From: Nemertoderma westbladi | Taxonomy: Eukaryota > Animalia > Xenacoelomorpha | NCBI GenBank assembly: GCA_032718475.1 | Contig: JAUCBJ010004254.1 | Span: 18,784 to 82,783 of the forward strand | Length of the DNA stretch: 64,000 bases | Direction: 5' to 3' | Shown: one piece after another, positions 36,545 to 48,899 of the stretch | How positions within the stretch are numbered: the stretch's first letter is position 1 | Layout: each line of letters opens with the position of its first letter | Translations under genes and position numbers: made by a program | The notes under the pieces: generated by a model | Told to the model about the DNA's origin: nothing | What the model saw: only the letters and a program-made list of their open reading frames with translations | Databases searched by the model: none

Positions 36545-39397
36545 ATTAATTGAATAAATTAATGACTTGACTAAATTATAGTTATCAAGAAATAGGTTGC
36601 CATAGACTTGGAAATAAGAATGGTATAAAATCGATTCGGCAGCAGCTCCAATATCAGTTTCATTAGGAAACATCAAAGAATGCACTGCAATTCCATACGA
36701 GAGAATGAATATTATTATAATAACTATAAAGAATATAAGATCTTTCAACATTTTTTCTATCATGATCAATTTTGGACCAATTACACGATTTATTGTTCCA
36801 ATATGCAGTGTTCGCAGATAACAACCCCATAAAGCAATGGCATAAAACACTCTGGCTGAAAACAGCTGTCCTTCTATGTTTCTCAGTATTAAACCTGGAG
36901 CAATTGTTATTAAACAAAAAGTGTCCAACTTATTCCAAGTGCTTCTAATCCATGCAAGGACCTTCCTATGTAATGTTGGTATTCCACTATCATATATTTG
37001 TCTAGCCTCGTCCAGATACAGTGTTCCAAACCAGAACACGAGTATAATTTCCCAAATTGAAGCTGTTTCATGGAAATCCATCATTAATACATAACTGAAC
37101 AGCAGTACTAATACCATGTATAAATAGGAATGCTGCCAAAATACAACAATGGGTGCCCTCAAAAAACCAAATATCTTTCTGTAGTATGACAATTGTTTTA
37201 GTTGTTTTCTTTCCTTGTTAGTGGTACTTTTGTTAGAAATTGTATTCTCATTATTCATATCTATCATACTTGCAATATTGTCACATGTTCCAGATTTATC
37301 ACCATCATCTTCTGAAAAAGATTTATCACCATAGAAATTTATAAGAAATGGAATAAGGAACGGGCATAATAGACACAATGATATGCGATGTAATCCTGTT
37401 GGCATCATCTCACCATACCAAACACTAGAGAGGAATGCTTGACAACCACTTTGTGATGTGAAGTTAATACAATTTCCTGCTTGAGCAAGTTCCATGACTG
37501 TACTTCCACCAAACAAAGGTAACACTTGACAAAGAAGAATCTGGACCAGAAAAGAATCATCACAGTAGCACTCATTGGCCACATTTATCGCTAAATTCTC
37601 AAAGTATTGAGCAATTTCGTGGAGTCTAGCACAATATCGAGAATCAATGACAAAATGTGATTCAGCCATTGATTTCATTATTCTGACAGCTGTTAACGCT
37701 GCTGCACATTTATGATTTCCCTCTTCCCAGAAATATCTTGACATTTCTTCTCTGCCTAACAGAATGCAATATATAAACAATTCTCTGCTTGGATCATCAA
37801 ATGTTTCAAAATCAGATGTACAATGAGTGTCTCCCATATGGTTAGAAAGTAAATAAGCTGGTTCCTCTATATTTACAGTCAATACTTTAGCCTTTCCCAC
37901 ATCCCTGTTATATCGAGAATCATAGAGATAAATTGGATTATAATCAATGTCATTACCCATTAAATATTTTATAATCTTTCCAATATCCTGCAATGATATT
38001 ATGGATTTATTTCCATTTTTTCGTTTTTGTGAGTTTAAAAAACAATACAATACCTGCTCATGTGAAATAATATTGTATAAATCTTTCAATCTTTTTACTG
38101 TGAGGAATGATTTCAAATCAAAACCACTTTCTTGTATTAAATCAACAAATGATGTTTTATTATCAATTATAGCCTGTAACATATATGGCTGTAGGTCACT
38201 ATCATCAAAAGATTTGTCACCTGTAAAAATATAATCTTTTGCAATGTCAGCCCGATCCCAGTCGAGGCATATCTGAAGCTGATCAAGTTGGTTATATGCA
38301 TTTAGCTTCATCATTTCTTTAATCATTACAGTATCCATGCTCTTCTCACTCTTACTTACAACTATCAGTAGACTTTTGTCTAGAAGACATTCATAAAGCA
38401 TCCGTATTACATTATTTATATGATCTGTTCCCCAAACGCTAATAATTTTCTTTTGTACCAACTTAATGAACTCTCCGAGAAATTCATATTTATCAGTTGA
38501 TTGACTATTATCTTCGGTTGACATCCTCATGTGTTCTGTTTGCACTAATAACCAAATAAAAAGATCTGCTAACCCACCTGATCCTTCTAGAATTATCAGT
38601 GGTGTTTTAAGTTTAAGTGATCCTTGAACTTCTTGCAATGTACTTCTATCTCCTCCAAGTAAAATGCTAAGTATTGGGATATTTTTTAGGACAGGATTAC
38701 AATTCTCTGGATAGTCAATATTCTGATTTCTCAATGCCTCCATAAAATTATTCCACAATCCCTCCTTGTCACCAAACTTTGCTGCTGTTCCATCATCAGA
38801 AAGAATAAAATGTGTATGGTTAGAATCCAATGGTAGACTAAGAAGTCCATCTTCAAAGCAAACATCTTCTTTTCTGTATCCATATTCCATAGATGTTAGA
38901 ATACCTTCATTAATGAGAGAAGATTTTCCAGCAACTGATCCCCATGATGTAAATCCGACAAGGAATACACTGCCAGCAGTACCTTTAACATTATTTCTAA
39001 TTATATTTCCAACCTGTGCACTCAGACCACAACTTAATCCTTGAGTAAATACCCAGACATCAGAAATTTCAGCTATTTTCATTAGTGCCCTTTCAAAAAC
39101 TTGCCTCACCTTTCCTCGCATCTGACTTCCTGTGAAGTTGTTCCCAAATATGGTGAGTACCATTGATGGAGGTGGAATATCCCAACATTCTTCAATGAGC
39201 TTCACAACATGCTCACCTTTTGAGTTGGAATCCATACGTATGTATTTTGTTGGAGACGTATCAGTTGCCTGTTGGCGACTGGGCAAGGTTACATTTCCAA
39301 ATGCGTTAGTTGGTGTGAGATTTGTATTGAATGCTGTGGACCACGATCCATTGCCACTCATATCTCCATTCTTGATAGCCATTTCGGAATGTTCCAT
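36512..39397 (-). CDS. TRPM-family cation channel, MHR1-4 through S5 and pore helix in one uninterrupted ORF; truncated before S6 (possible pseudogene)
   Basis: AFG...KYIR, WDIPPPSMV, LDSNHTHFILSDDG, GSGGLAD, WDRADIAK, FWEEG, S2-S3 DEARQ/WNKLD, IGPKLIMIEKMLKDL, YFQVYGNLFLD; homology ends ~36572 and the last codons come from the LINE; splice-acceptor-like TTGTCTTTTAG ends at 39455, 57 nt before the ATG. Confidence 0.92.
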   Translation of the reverse strand: MEHSEMAIKNGDMSGNGSWSTAFNTNLTPTNAFGNVTLPSRQQATDTSPTKYIRMDSNSKGEHVVKLIEECWDIPPPSMVLTIFGNNFTGSQMRGKVRQVFERALMKIAEISDVWVFTQGLSCGLSAQVGNIIRNNVKGTAGSVFLVGFTSWGSVAGKSSLINEGILTSMEYGYRKEDVCFEDGLLSLPLDSNHTHFILSDDGTAAKFGDKEGLWNNFMEALRNQNIDYPENCNPVLKNIPILSILLGGDRSTLQEVQGSLKLKTPLIILEGSGGLADLFIWLLVQTEHMRMSTEDNSQSTDKYEFLGEFIKLVQKKIISVWGTDHINNVIRMLYECLLDKSLLIVVSKSEKSMDTVMIKEMMKLNAYNQLDQLQICLDWDRADIAKDYIFTGDKSFDDSDLQPYMLQAIIDNKTSFVDLIQESGFDLKSFLTVKRLKDLYNIISHEQVLYCFLNSQKRKNGNKSIISLQDIGKIIKYLMGNDIDYNPIYLYDSRYNRDVGKAKVLTVNIEEPAYLLSNHMGDTHCTSDFETFDDPSRELFIYCILLGREEMSRYFWEEGNHKCAAALTAVRIMKSMAESHFVIDSRYCARLHEIAQYFENLAINVANECYCDDSFLVQILLCQVLPLFGGSTVMELAQAGNCINFTSQSGCQAFLSSVWYGEMMPTGLHRISLCLLCPFLIPFLINFYGDKSFSEDDGDKSGTCDNIASMIDMNNENTISNKSTTNKERKQLKQLSYYRKIFGFLRAPIVVFWQHSYLYMVLVLLFSYVLMMDFHETASIWEIILVFWFGTLYLDEARQIYDSGIPTLHRKVLAWIRSTWNKLDTFCLITIAPGLILRNIEGQLFSARVFYAIALWGCYLRTLHIGTINRVIGPKLIMIEKMLKDLIFFIVIIIIFILSYGIAVHSLMFPNETDIGAAAESILYHSYFQVYGNLFLDNYNLVKSLIYSINQVPDRPYSVS

Positions 39398-40119
39398 CAC
39401 GTCTAGCCCACAATAGCATTTTTGCGCTGATTTCGATGAAGTTGTAAAGGAATGCTAAAAGACAATAATAGATCAGATATAAGTAATAAACATATTTTAA
39501 AACTAAACTTATATGTTGCATCCTGCATATTATGCTAAAAATTCCAGACCCATATGAAAAATACAGTAAAGGTTTATCTTATTAATCATTTTTAGAGTTA
39601 GTTAGCTAATTAATGGCATCAACTACTCCAAACAAAATAGGAAAACTGCAAAGGGATGGAATGGAATTTATCTTTTCACTGGAGGAAATAGCCAAGAAGG
39701 ATGGGAGAGCAGAGTAAAAGCTGAATCCCAAGCTGAGCACTTGGCTGGTTAGAAGGCTAACTTTAGGAAACTGTCGAACCATAAGAAATTGTTTCTGTCG
39801 GGCATTCTAGATATAATTCTGGAACTTTGATGGATAATTGTGGAAATATCTACAAAAATTAAACTGCCTGTCTTCTCATTATTTTTGTAGATATTATAAT
39901 GATATCGTACCGATATATGAGTTTGAGTAAGAAATAATATAGTGTCGCATCTTGTATCGTATTATATTATTTCAATAAATGCTGACAAACTGACAAAGTA
40001 AGCTGGCTGGCATACCAGTCAGCCAGCAGGCCTACAGCAGTACAGCTGTCAGTATGTGGCTGCCAGGATGACAGCATAGGTATGCTGAATGATATATATC
40101 AGTAATCATGCACTGAATA

Positions 40120-41009
40120 AAAATGTAAAATGCCACGAAGTTGGCGGAGCCTTAGCGAATTGACACTGTTAGGGGGTGGGTCAATTTATGCAAATAGTTG
40201 TCGTTGTCGTCGTCGTTGTCGTCGTCGTCGTCGTTATGATTTTGACATGCTAATAACTTTGTCGGATTTAAAGCTGCCAAGTTGAAAATTTGTAGGTATC
40301 AATATGAGCAAAAGTTGAGATTTTTGAGAGACTTTCAGACACCATCAGTGCAATGGTCTCCCGCTAGAGGGCCACATGTCTAAACATTAAATGCCCTCCC
40401 ATTTCTTTGCTTTTAATCCGTTTAAGCTGAAACTTGGCAGATATGTATTAGACCATTAGCTGTGACTTTCAAAGGAGGCGAATCCATCTGCAGTTCTCCA
40501 GTCTGCCGCTAGAGGGCCAAAGGTCTGAAAGTGAAATCGTTGTCGTCGTTACGATTTTGACATGCTAATAACTTTGTCAGATTTAAAGCTGCCAAGTTGA
40601 AAATTTGTAGGTATCAATATGAGCTAAAGTTGAGATTTTTGAGAGACTTTCAGATACCATCAGTGCAATGGTCTCCCGCTAGAGGGCCACATGTCTAAAC
40701 ATTAAATGCCCTCCCATTTCTTTGCTTTTAATCCGTTTAAGCTGAAACTTGGCAGATATGTATTAGACCATTAGCTGTGACTTTCAAAGGAGGCGAATCC
40801 ATCTGCAGTTCTCCAGTCTGCCGCTAGAGGGCCAAAGGTCTGAAAGTGAAATCGTTGTCGTCGTTACGATTTTGACATGCTAATAACTTTGTCGGATTTA
40901 AAGCTGCCAAGTTGAAAATTTGTAGGTATCAATATGAGCTAAAGTTGAGATTAATCCCATCACCCTATATCCCATCTAATGTGCCAATCACTGATTGGCC
41001 ATTACCTAG
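40120..41009 (+). mobile_element. Non-autonomous Helitron/Helentron-like element with (GTC)n microsatellite and internal 315-bp tandem repeats
   Basis: (GTC)n at ~40198-40233; 2.3 copies of a 315-bp unit; 3' hairpin GCCAATCA-C-TGATTGGC (40983-40999) then CTAG|T; 5' end approximate. Confidence 0.6.
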
Positions 41010-41699
41010 TAACGGCCCTAGAGTATGTACCTCTATATAACTAATGAATATCAATACAGATATCTTCAATCATAGGACTCCCATGTTTCCCCATACATCA
41101 TTATGAAGCTAGGTTCCAAAAAAATTTCCAGAAAATGTTTTCTTCAACAGATGGTAATACAGACAGCTGTGAGTGTATAATGGTATTCAAAGTTTTACAC
41201 CTGCTCCTATTATGGTTGACTATGATCTACAAATGATAATAATAAGAACATAATAACATAATAAGAATAGGGTGGAAATGTAGCCAGCCAATTGCAGTGG
41301 TGCAGTTATAGATGAAAGCCACCCATCATGCTAAGTGTCCATATTTATAGCCCTTTACGAAAAGTATCAGGGGAGAAACTCTTTTGCCAAACTTTTGAAA
41401 AATTTTCAAACAAACACTGATGTACATAGGGAATAAATTCGGCTTTGTCTTACCCACCGGTGAATTAAGTCCACCACAGTTTAAAGCACAATATATGATA
41501 ATTCAGCACTACAGCATTATATAATAATAATAATAACTTGTATTTACTTAAAATCCGCCGGGTAAACCAATTGGAGGCAGCTTGCAAACAGACGTCACAC
41601 AGGCTGATAGATATCACATTACCAAGTGATGCTACAAAATCCAGTGAAGTACAACAGAATACCGGTAGGCCTATATATAATTAAGGTAATTAAGGGGTG

Positions 41700-42103
41700 A
41701 GCCATTTGTTTTCATTTCTTGTGGGACTCTTGTCTACTATGTACATGTCTACTATGATGGGATAGATGAGCTTTAAACACTCAGGTATTTTAAAGACCTT
41801 AGGGGGAACACCATCTACTGCACTGGCACGATTGGTCTTAATGCTCTTTGCAGCAGCCTTCACTTCTGCAAAGAAGATATCGCCAATGGGTATATCTGGG
41901 AGTACAGACTCAGACACTTTTACTTCTTATCAATTCAATCAATCTTATTATAAAGTTATCAGGCAATACCCTGTCATTATTGAGGAGCTTTTCAAAGTGG
42001 GCCTTCCAACCATTGAGGTGATCGGCTGGTGGTTCTGCCTTAATCATTTCGGCACTTCTGAATTTTGTGGTCAGTCCAGGGGGCCCTTTTCCTGTTTCGA
42101 GGG
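41700..42103 (-). mobile_element. RTE-like family R2 fragment, interrupted by a CR1-like insertion and resuming at ~43893-43940
   Basis: Matches ~53620-54225 with deletions; GAGGG|TATACAGGAACTG is contiguous in the full-length copy. Confidence 0.85.
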
Positions 42104-43892
42104 CAAATAGGGTCCGAAACTCTAAATAATTTTTATTTAGAAAAGTTACAAAATTCAGAGAAGTTATTTTTAAAACCCGTTTCGGAGGATTTCGTTTTTC
42201 AAAATCTACTTAGCCTATCAGCCTCAAAAAGTACCGGTCTAGACCTAATACCTGCCCGTTTTCTTAAGGATGGTGCTGAAGTACTTAAAGTGCCTATTAC
42301 TTTTATTATTAATTACTCTATCGTACGTTATTAAATCTGATCTATGAACTTCAGTCCGGTTTTCGTAAATCATATTCCCTATACATACACCTGCCTTATT
42401 AACTTAACTGATACAATTAGATGTAATAACGCAAAGGGTTTATATACTGGTATGGTAATGTTGGACCTACAAAAGGCTTTCGATACTGTAGATCACGAAA
42501 TTCTGCTTGGTAAGTTAGGCCTGATGGGTGTAGGTTCTATAGACTGGTTCAAGTCCTACCTGTCAGACAGAGGTCAAACTGTAGTCATTAGCAAATCTCA
42601 GTCTACTGTACAAGAGATTACCTGTGGTGTACCGCAATGTAGTATATTAGGTCCTCTGCTTTTTGTATGCTATGTAAATGATATGATAAGTAGTGTAGAT
42701 CCCGATTTTAAACTCATTTTATATGCCGACGACAGTGCTCTTATTTTCTCTCATAAAGATTCTATCCATATTTCCCAAAAGTTAAGTGCAGTTCTAGAAT
42801 CATGTAATGAGTGGTTGGTTGATAATAAGCTATCCATTCACTACGGTAAGACTGAAAGTATTTTGTTTGGCTCCAAAAGAAAGTTAAAGAAGGTAACTAA
42901 GTTTGAAGTCACTAGTAATGGACATAAGATTGAAAATAAAAAGGAAGTTAAATATTTAGGCACCACATTGTTACAGTGAAAAATATTTTCTCGAAAGTTA
43001 ATAGTAGGCTTAGGTTTCTATACAGAAATAAAAATAGTTTGAACACCGACTCCCGCAAGTTACGTTGCCCTTCTTTAATAGTGTCACATGGACTATGCAT
43101 GCCCTTCTTGGTATGAAGGCTTAACCAAACAGCTTAAATGTAAATTACAAGTAGCTCAGAATAAAGTAGTACGATTTATTAAAGACTACAAACCTAGGCA
43201 CCACCTAACTCCAGATGACTTTTCTGAATCTGGACTACTTAACTTAGATAGTAGAGTTAAGCAGCTACGCCTTAACCATGTGCATAAAGTGTATAATGGT
43301 AAATGTCCCAATTACCTAAAACAACAATTCAACAGAGTACGTGATACACACTCTTACAGTACCAGAGCTAGTGCTTCAAACTTCTACCTCCCGAATTGTA
43401 AATCCTTCGAATCTGATACTTTCTTTTTTAACGGCATTAAAAATTGGAACGCTCTGCCTAATGAAATTAAAAACCTAAATAATCAACATTCTTTTAAATC
43501 TGCAGTTAAATCTCATCTCCATGTGCAATGTAAAAATAGGTACAATAGTCCTACAGTAAGTTATTAGTTTATTAATTATTTACTATTTATACTGTAATTA
43601 CGTTTTATAATAAATTGTTCTGTACATTACATCTTTATCGTTGAGTCGGACATTGTCACGCTCTCGGTAAAGTTGTACATGTACATAGTGTAATTACGTT
43701 TTATATTGGTTTTAGGTTAGCGTAGTGTAATATTGTATTTGTAACCCAGTAACATAAAGGACCCCCTTGGAAATAAGCTGCAAAGCTTTAGGGGTAATCC
43801 TATATGTTATGTTGGACAATACCTTTATACCGGTACATTGTTTGGTGTATTTGTTATTGTTTTTACATAATGTATAAATAAATCTATCTATC
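42104..43892 (+). mobile_element. 5'-truncated CR1/Crack-like LINE
   Basis: KSTGLD.IP, LDLQKAFDTVDH, GVPQCSILGPLLF, LYADD, KYLG, DYACPSW, H.YSTR; 3' UTR stem-loop GGACCCCCTTGGAAATAAG...GGGGTAATCC; AATAAA and (ATCT)n tail. Confidence 0.88.
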
Positions 43893-43959
43893 TATACAGG
43901 AACTGTTTCTGCAGCTGCTAACTTAACTGCTTCTGTGAAGATCAATTCTATGCAGGTGG

Positions 43960-46900
43960 TTCAATGTTAAGTGAGGCCATATCAAAGCAAGATTATAGGT
44001 AAAAGTATTGAGGGAATCTTTATGTTGAATATTTTCAGATGTTTTTAGTGACAAGGTTCTCGGATTTTTAATGCTGTTGCTGATGCTGATGACAGATCTG
44101 CAACAAACATTAATTATTTGCGTGTTGAACGTTAGTGTGCTCTGGAATGTCACACCAAGATATATATAACTGTTTACAATTTTAAATATAGCATCATCAT
44201 AACTAAATTTATCATTATTGCACCTTCCACCATGGTGGAACTACATGATTGCTGTCTTTTTTAAGTTAACCTGGATATGATTTCCTTTTGCCCATAGTGA
44301 CAAAGCATTGAGACTGGCTGGTATGGTTTCTTTTGATTCTGAATAAAATAAAATATCGTCTGCAAATAACAATATCAATAAGTTTTTTGTGGCATTTTTA
44401 TTTCTTATCACTATGTCAGCAATATGAATGATGAACAGTAAAGGGCTCAAAGAATCTCCTTGCAATAAACCTCGAGTTTGGCTAATTGGATTTAATTTTC
44501 TCAGGCCATCAAATACTTGGACGTAGTTTGTGGACATCAGAAGATGTATAAACTGGAGCAGATGGCCCTTAACATTAAATTGATATTTTAGTTTGTCTAG
44601 GAGATTTCTTCTTGGAATAGAATCAAATGCCTTTCTGAAATCGACGAAGCAAGTGTATATAGGCTTCTTAGTAGGGATGATTCAGTAATATTATTTAGGA
44701 GCTGTTGGATTGGTTAACCCTATTAGTACCGGGCTATAAAATGTTGTACAAATACCGGGGGGGGGGGGGGGGGTCATATTGACCCCCCCCCCCCCCCCTC
44801 TAAAATCTACAAATATTTACGAAAACGGCTGATTTTTTGTTTGTGCGTAGGTATCACTTGTCTGGATCCGACCGAAAAAAAAATTTTTCGAAAAAATGTA
44901 CTGGGGTGGTTATATTGCAGCACCAAAATTACAAGTAGTGCACAATTTTCACAAAATTTGAAAGTTACATTTTCGGCTAATTATTTTTCAATACAGGTTT
45001 TCTGGGGTGCAAAATACATTGCAAAATATTAAAAAATGATATGATTACTATAAATGGCTGTTTAGTCCTCTCTGCGTAGGAAAAAAAATGAAAAAAACAA
45101 GTAACCAGCACTTTTCAGTTAGAACACAAAATTTTAATTCACTTATACGATGCTATAAATTCACATTTTCAGGTTTTCGAGGGCGCTGATTCTAATGGAA
45201 TACATTTCTAATATGCCAGATCATTGCTACTTGTATTTTTCGGCGTAATTTGGCAAATTTTGGTGCTAGCACCAAATTTCGTACCCATCACCAAAAAGTA
45301 CACAAGTTTGCGATGTCCAGTGCTGTTTTTATTGATTCCATCGGATTCAGGACCCTCATAAACCCGTATAACGCAAGAAACAAGGTGATACTATCTACTT
45401 ATTAATTTGCATATTTTCCAAAATTTGGTGCTGGCACAACAATTTTCACCCACCGGCGAAAAATACAAGTTTGAGAACTCTTATGAAATTTTTACTGATT
45501 CCATTGAATTCAGAACCATCACAAACCCGTATAACGCAAGAAACAAGGTGACACAATCAATTGATATATTTGATGGTTTTCAAAATTTGGTGCTAGCACC
45601 ACATTTTGCACCCACATCCGAAAAATACAAGTTTGAGATGTCTAGTTCGATAATTGTATTTTCCATTGAATTTAGAACAGCCATAAACCTCTAAAACGCA
45701 AGAAATAAATTGTCACAAGCAATTTTATCTATTGAACAGATTTTCAAAATTTCGTGCTAGCACCAAAATTTGCACACAGCACCGAAAAATACAAGTTTGA
45801 TACGCTTGGTGCAACTCGTATATATTTCATCGAATCCAGAAACCCAAAAAACCCCAATTGCGTAAAAAACAAGTTTCAAACGATCAATTTACAAAATTGA
45901 CTTATTTCAAAATTTGGTGCTGGCACCAAAATTTGGCACCCACCGAAAAAAAACAAGTTTGAAATTTCTAAATCAATTTATATGAATTCCATCAAATTTC
46001 TAACACCAAAAAACCGGTGTAAATCAAAAATAGAGATGTTACAATTATTATTTAATGAAATGTAATTTTCAAAAAACTTCTCAAAAAAAGTGCCAAAAGT
46101 AGGGTTAAAAAATGGTGCTATAACTCGAAAAGTACCCAATATTTTTGAAAACGGTTTTCACTACTAGGAAGACAATAGATTTTTAGGAAAAGTCATAAAA
46201 TTTCAGATTCCCAACTGCGTTAGTTTCAGAATTATAATAAAAAAACCACGGGAGGGGTCATATTGACCCCCCCCCCCCGGGTTTAATAGGGTTAAGATGT
46301 GGACAGATCCAGCAAAAAACCAAACAGTTCCGCCACCGGAATTCTACCAATAACAAATGATCGCAGACGTTTTGCAACTAAACTTGAAACAATTTTATAC
46401 ACATTGCATAGCAATGCTATCCATCTTGAGGTATCTCGATATACATCTCGAGGACATTTACCTTTATAATAATAATACTTTACATATACTTAGTTTCCAA
46501 CAGGTTACCAAATTAACTGAGAAGAAACATAAATTAATTAAGGTGATCCAGAAATATAGTATAATTGGAAGTGCTGCTCTCAGTAGCTCATATGGGAGAT
46601 TATCTGGACCAGCTGATTTCCCATTAGGTTTGTTGAGAAACTCAATCCGCACTTCCTTGGTGCTGAATGGATTATCATAAGCACCTTCGTTGTCTTCAAA
46701 GTCATTGTGAGATTGAGACTCAGGCTCGACTTCATGGGGCAGATTACTGGAGAGTAACGTGTTAAAGTGTGATACCTGCTCTCAAAGTGCTGTCTATCTT
46801 CGCCATATGATGAAGTGATATTACTTCCTTTCTCATGTTAAAACATTCTGCATTAAACCAAGGGTTTTTCGTACAGGTAGATTCAATTTTCTTCGCGGAA

Positions 46901-47620
46901 TCCTTTATAGCTTCCGAGAGCACTTTGTAGGGTGAATCAATGTCGCCTTGATCTAATAGGCAGGAACCCTGCTGCTGCCGGTAGACTGATTCGAATTCTG
47001 TTACGTTTAGATTTAATTTCCTCTATGGGGTAATGGGTTCAAGAATTTGAACACATTGTTCCGCTTTCTTAAACCATTTACTGGATATTTGACATTGTAA
47101 ACATTGCGGTTTGAATAAACCAGGTCTATAAGGTTGATTATAAGTTGATTTATATCATTTTGTAACTCGATGCCAATTTCTAGTTCTTTGATAAAGGCAG
47201 AGAGGTGGTCAGCTTTTTCGTTATCCAAAATATCCATACGCACATTAAAATCGCCAGCAAAAATGACAGGTAACTTGTTTCCTTTGGGGATAGTTTGTAG
47301 TGCCGAAAATACACCATCCACCAATTCCTCATTGCTTCTGTCCGGGTTGAATTAACAGCAAATGACTATAGCTAAATCAGTTTTGACCGAAACGAAGTTA
47401 TCACATTTTTCAATTAAAACTGGATTCCATATGTAGCTTGACTGCAAATAAGAATTGCACTTTTGGGACTCCTGTTTGAAAGAATAGAATCCATGAATGT
47501 CGGAGACTTGAGTTGAAAAGTTTCTGTTAAAAGAAGTATGTCGGGTTCTTTGAACAAATCATCTGATGATAAATTCATTAGTGAGTTAAGTCCTTCAACA
47601 TTCCAGAGTAGAGTTTTGAA
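43960..47620 (-). mobile_element. Old degraded APE-RT LINE split by MITE A
   Basis: WNVEGL, LTETF, AGDFN, KSAGPDNL, GLLQGDSLSPLLF, LFADD; many stops; clade not assigned. Confidence 0.75.
44718..46291 (+). mobile_element. piggyBac-like MITE family A, complete uninterrupted copy (1574 bp)
   Basis: TTAA on both sides; imperfect TIR CCCTATTAGTACCGGG / CCCGGGTTTAATAGGG; internal AAATTTGGTGCTAGCACCAAA-type repeats. Confidence 0.93.
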
Positions 47621-47654
47621 GTGAGCAGTGAAGACTATACCCTGCTTTTCTGCA

Positions 47655-47908
47655 CCCACCGTGAACACAGATTAAGGTTCAATGGTCACTGCTGTAGAAG
47701 TAAAGACAAGGTCATACCAGATCTACTTTTCTGGCAACCAACTCATGGAAAGCCTACTCGTGGACTACCGGCTATAACATATGTAGATCAACTTGAAAGG
47801 GATTCTGAACTTGAGAGAAACGAAATTGCGACAACTATGGAGAGTCGGGAAGCCTGGAAGGATCTCATTTCCACTGTCCGAGTTCACTCGACCTAGTAGT
47901 AGTAGTAG
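47655..47908 (+). mobile_element. 3' fragment of RTE-like family R1
   Basis: Matches ~31745-31991 including the (TAG)n tail. Confidence 0.9.
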
Positions 47909-47959
47909 TTCAGAATAATAATTGTAATGAAATATTCACGAGAAATATATAAATTATAT

Positions 47960-48817
47960 AAAGTTCGCTCAAGGACCTGAGTCTCTGGAACTTCTCCACC
48001 GCCCCACCAACCAACGGGAAGCAGAGTTCCTGGACGATGCCAATCCACCAGAGGAACTTTGCTTCTCTCCGGGAATCCACATCCCAAACTGACCTCGCCC
48101 GGTTGAATGCCCTGGAGGATCTGATCCCTGGCTGCTGGATTGATGCGATCCCAATATCATCATTGGGTCTTAAACTCACCGATGCCCAGCTACCCATTTC
48201 CGTGGCTACCCGCTTGGGATGCAAGGTAACGGAGCCACACAGCTGCGTCTGCTTTGGTAAACTTGTGAACTCCGATGGCCTCCACGGACTCTCCTGCCAG
48301 AAGAGCGCTGGTCGCCACGCCCGCCACAGCATGCTGAACGACATTGTGTGGCGATCATTAACCAGCTGTGGAGTTCCGTCAGTGTTGGAGCCACCGGGTC
48401 TTTGCCGGAATGACGGGAAGCGGGTGGATGGAGTAACCTTGGTTCCCTGGAGCCAAGGCCAGACCCTGGCCTGGGACGCCACCGTGATCGACCCGCTCGC
48501 TCCCAGCCACCTCCACACGAGCCAAACCAAAGGTGGCCGGGTAGCCGAGCAGCAGGAGGCCCATAAGATCGGCAAATACCGGAGCTCATCGACCGGGGCT
48601 ACCAGTTTACCCCAGTCACCTTCGAGACGTTTGGCCGCCCCGGTCCAAAAACGGCTGAGTTTCTCCAGGAACTGGGAAAGAGGATCGCCTCCCAGACACA
48701 GGAACCCCGATCCCACCGTTTTCTACTGCAGCGGATCCTCATCGCGATCCTAATTGGGAACACTGCATCAATACTGGGATCCATCGACTCGGCATCCGAA
48801 GGACTATACGACATCCT
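47960..48817 (+). mobile_element. CRE-clade-like 3' fragment (RLE endonuclease)
   Basis: WIDAIPISSLGL, HGLSC, RHARHSMLNDIV, DGKRVDG, WDATVIDPLA, FETFG, QRILIAILIGN; frameshift near 48590; ends at a G tract. Confidence 0.8.
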
Positions 48818-48899
48818 GGGGGGGGGGGGGGGGGGGGTAGAGTCTCTGCAAATGGTGCCATCTTCTTCAATAGAATTTAAGAACAATATGAAAAGTACT

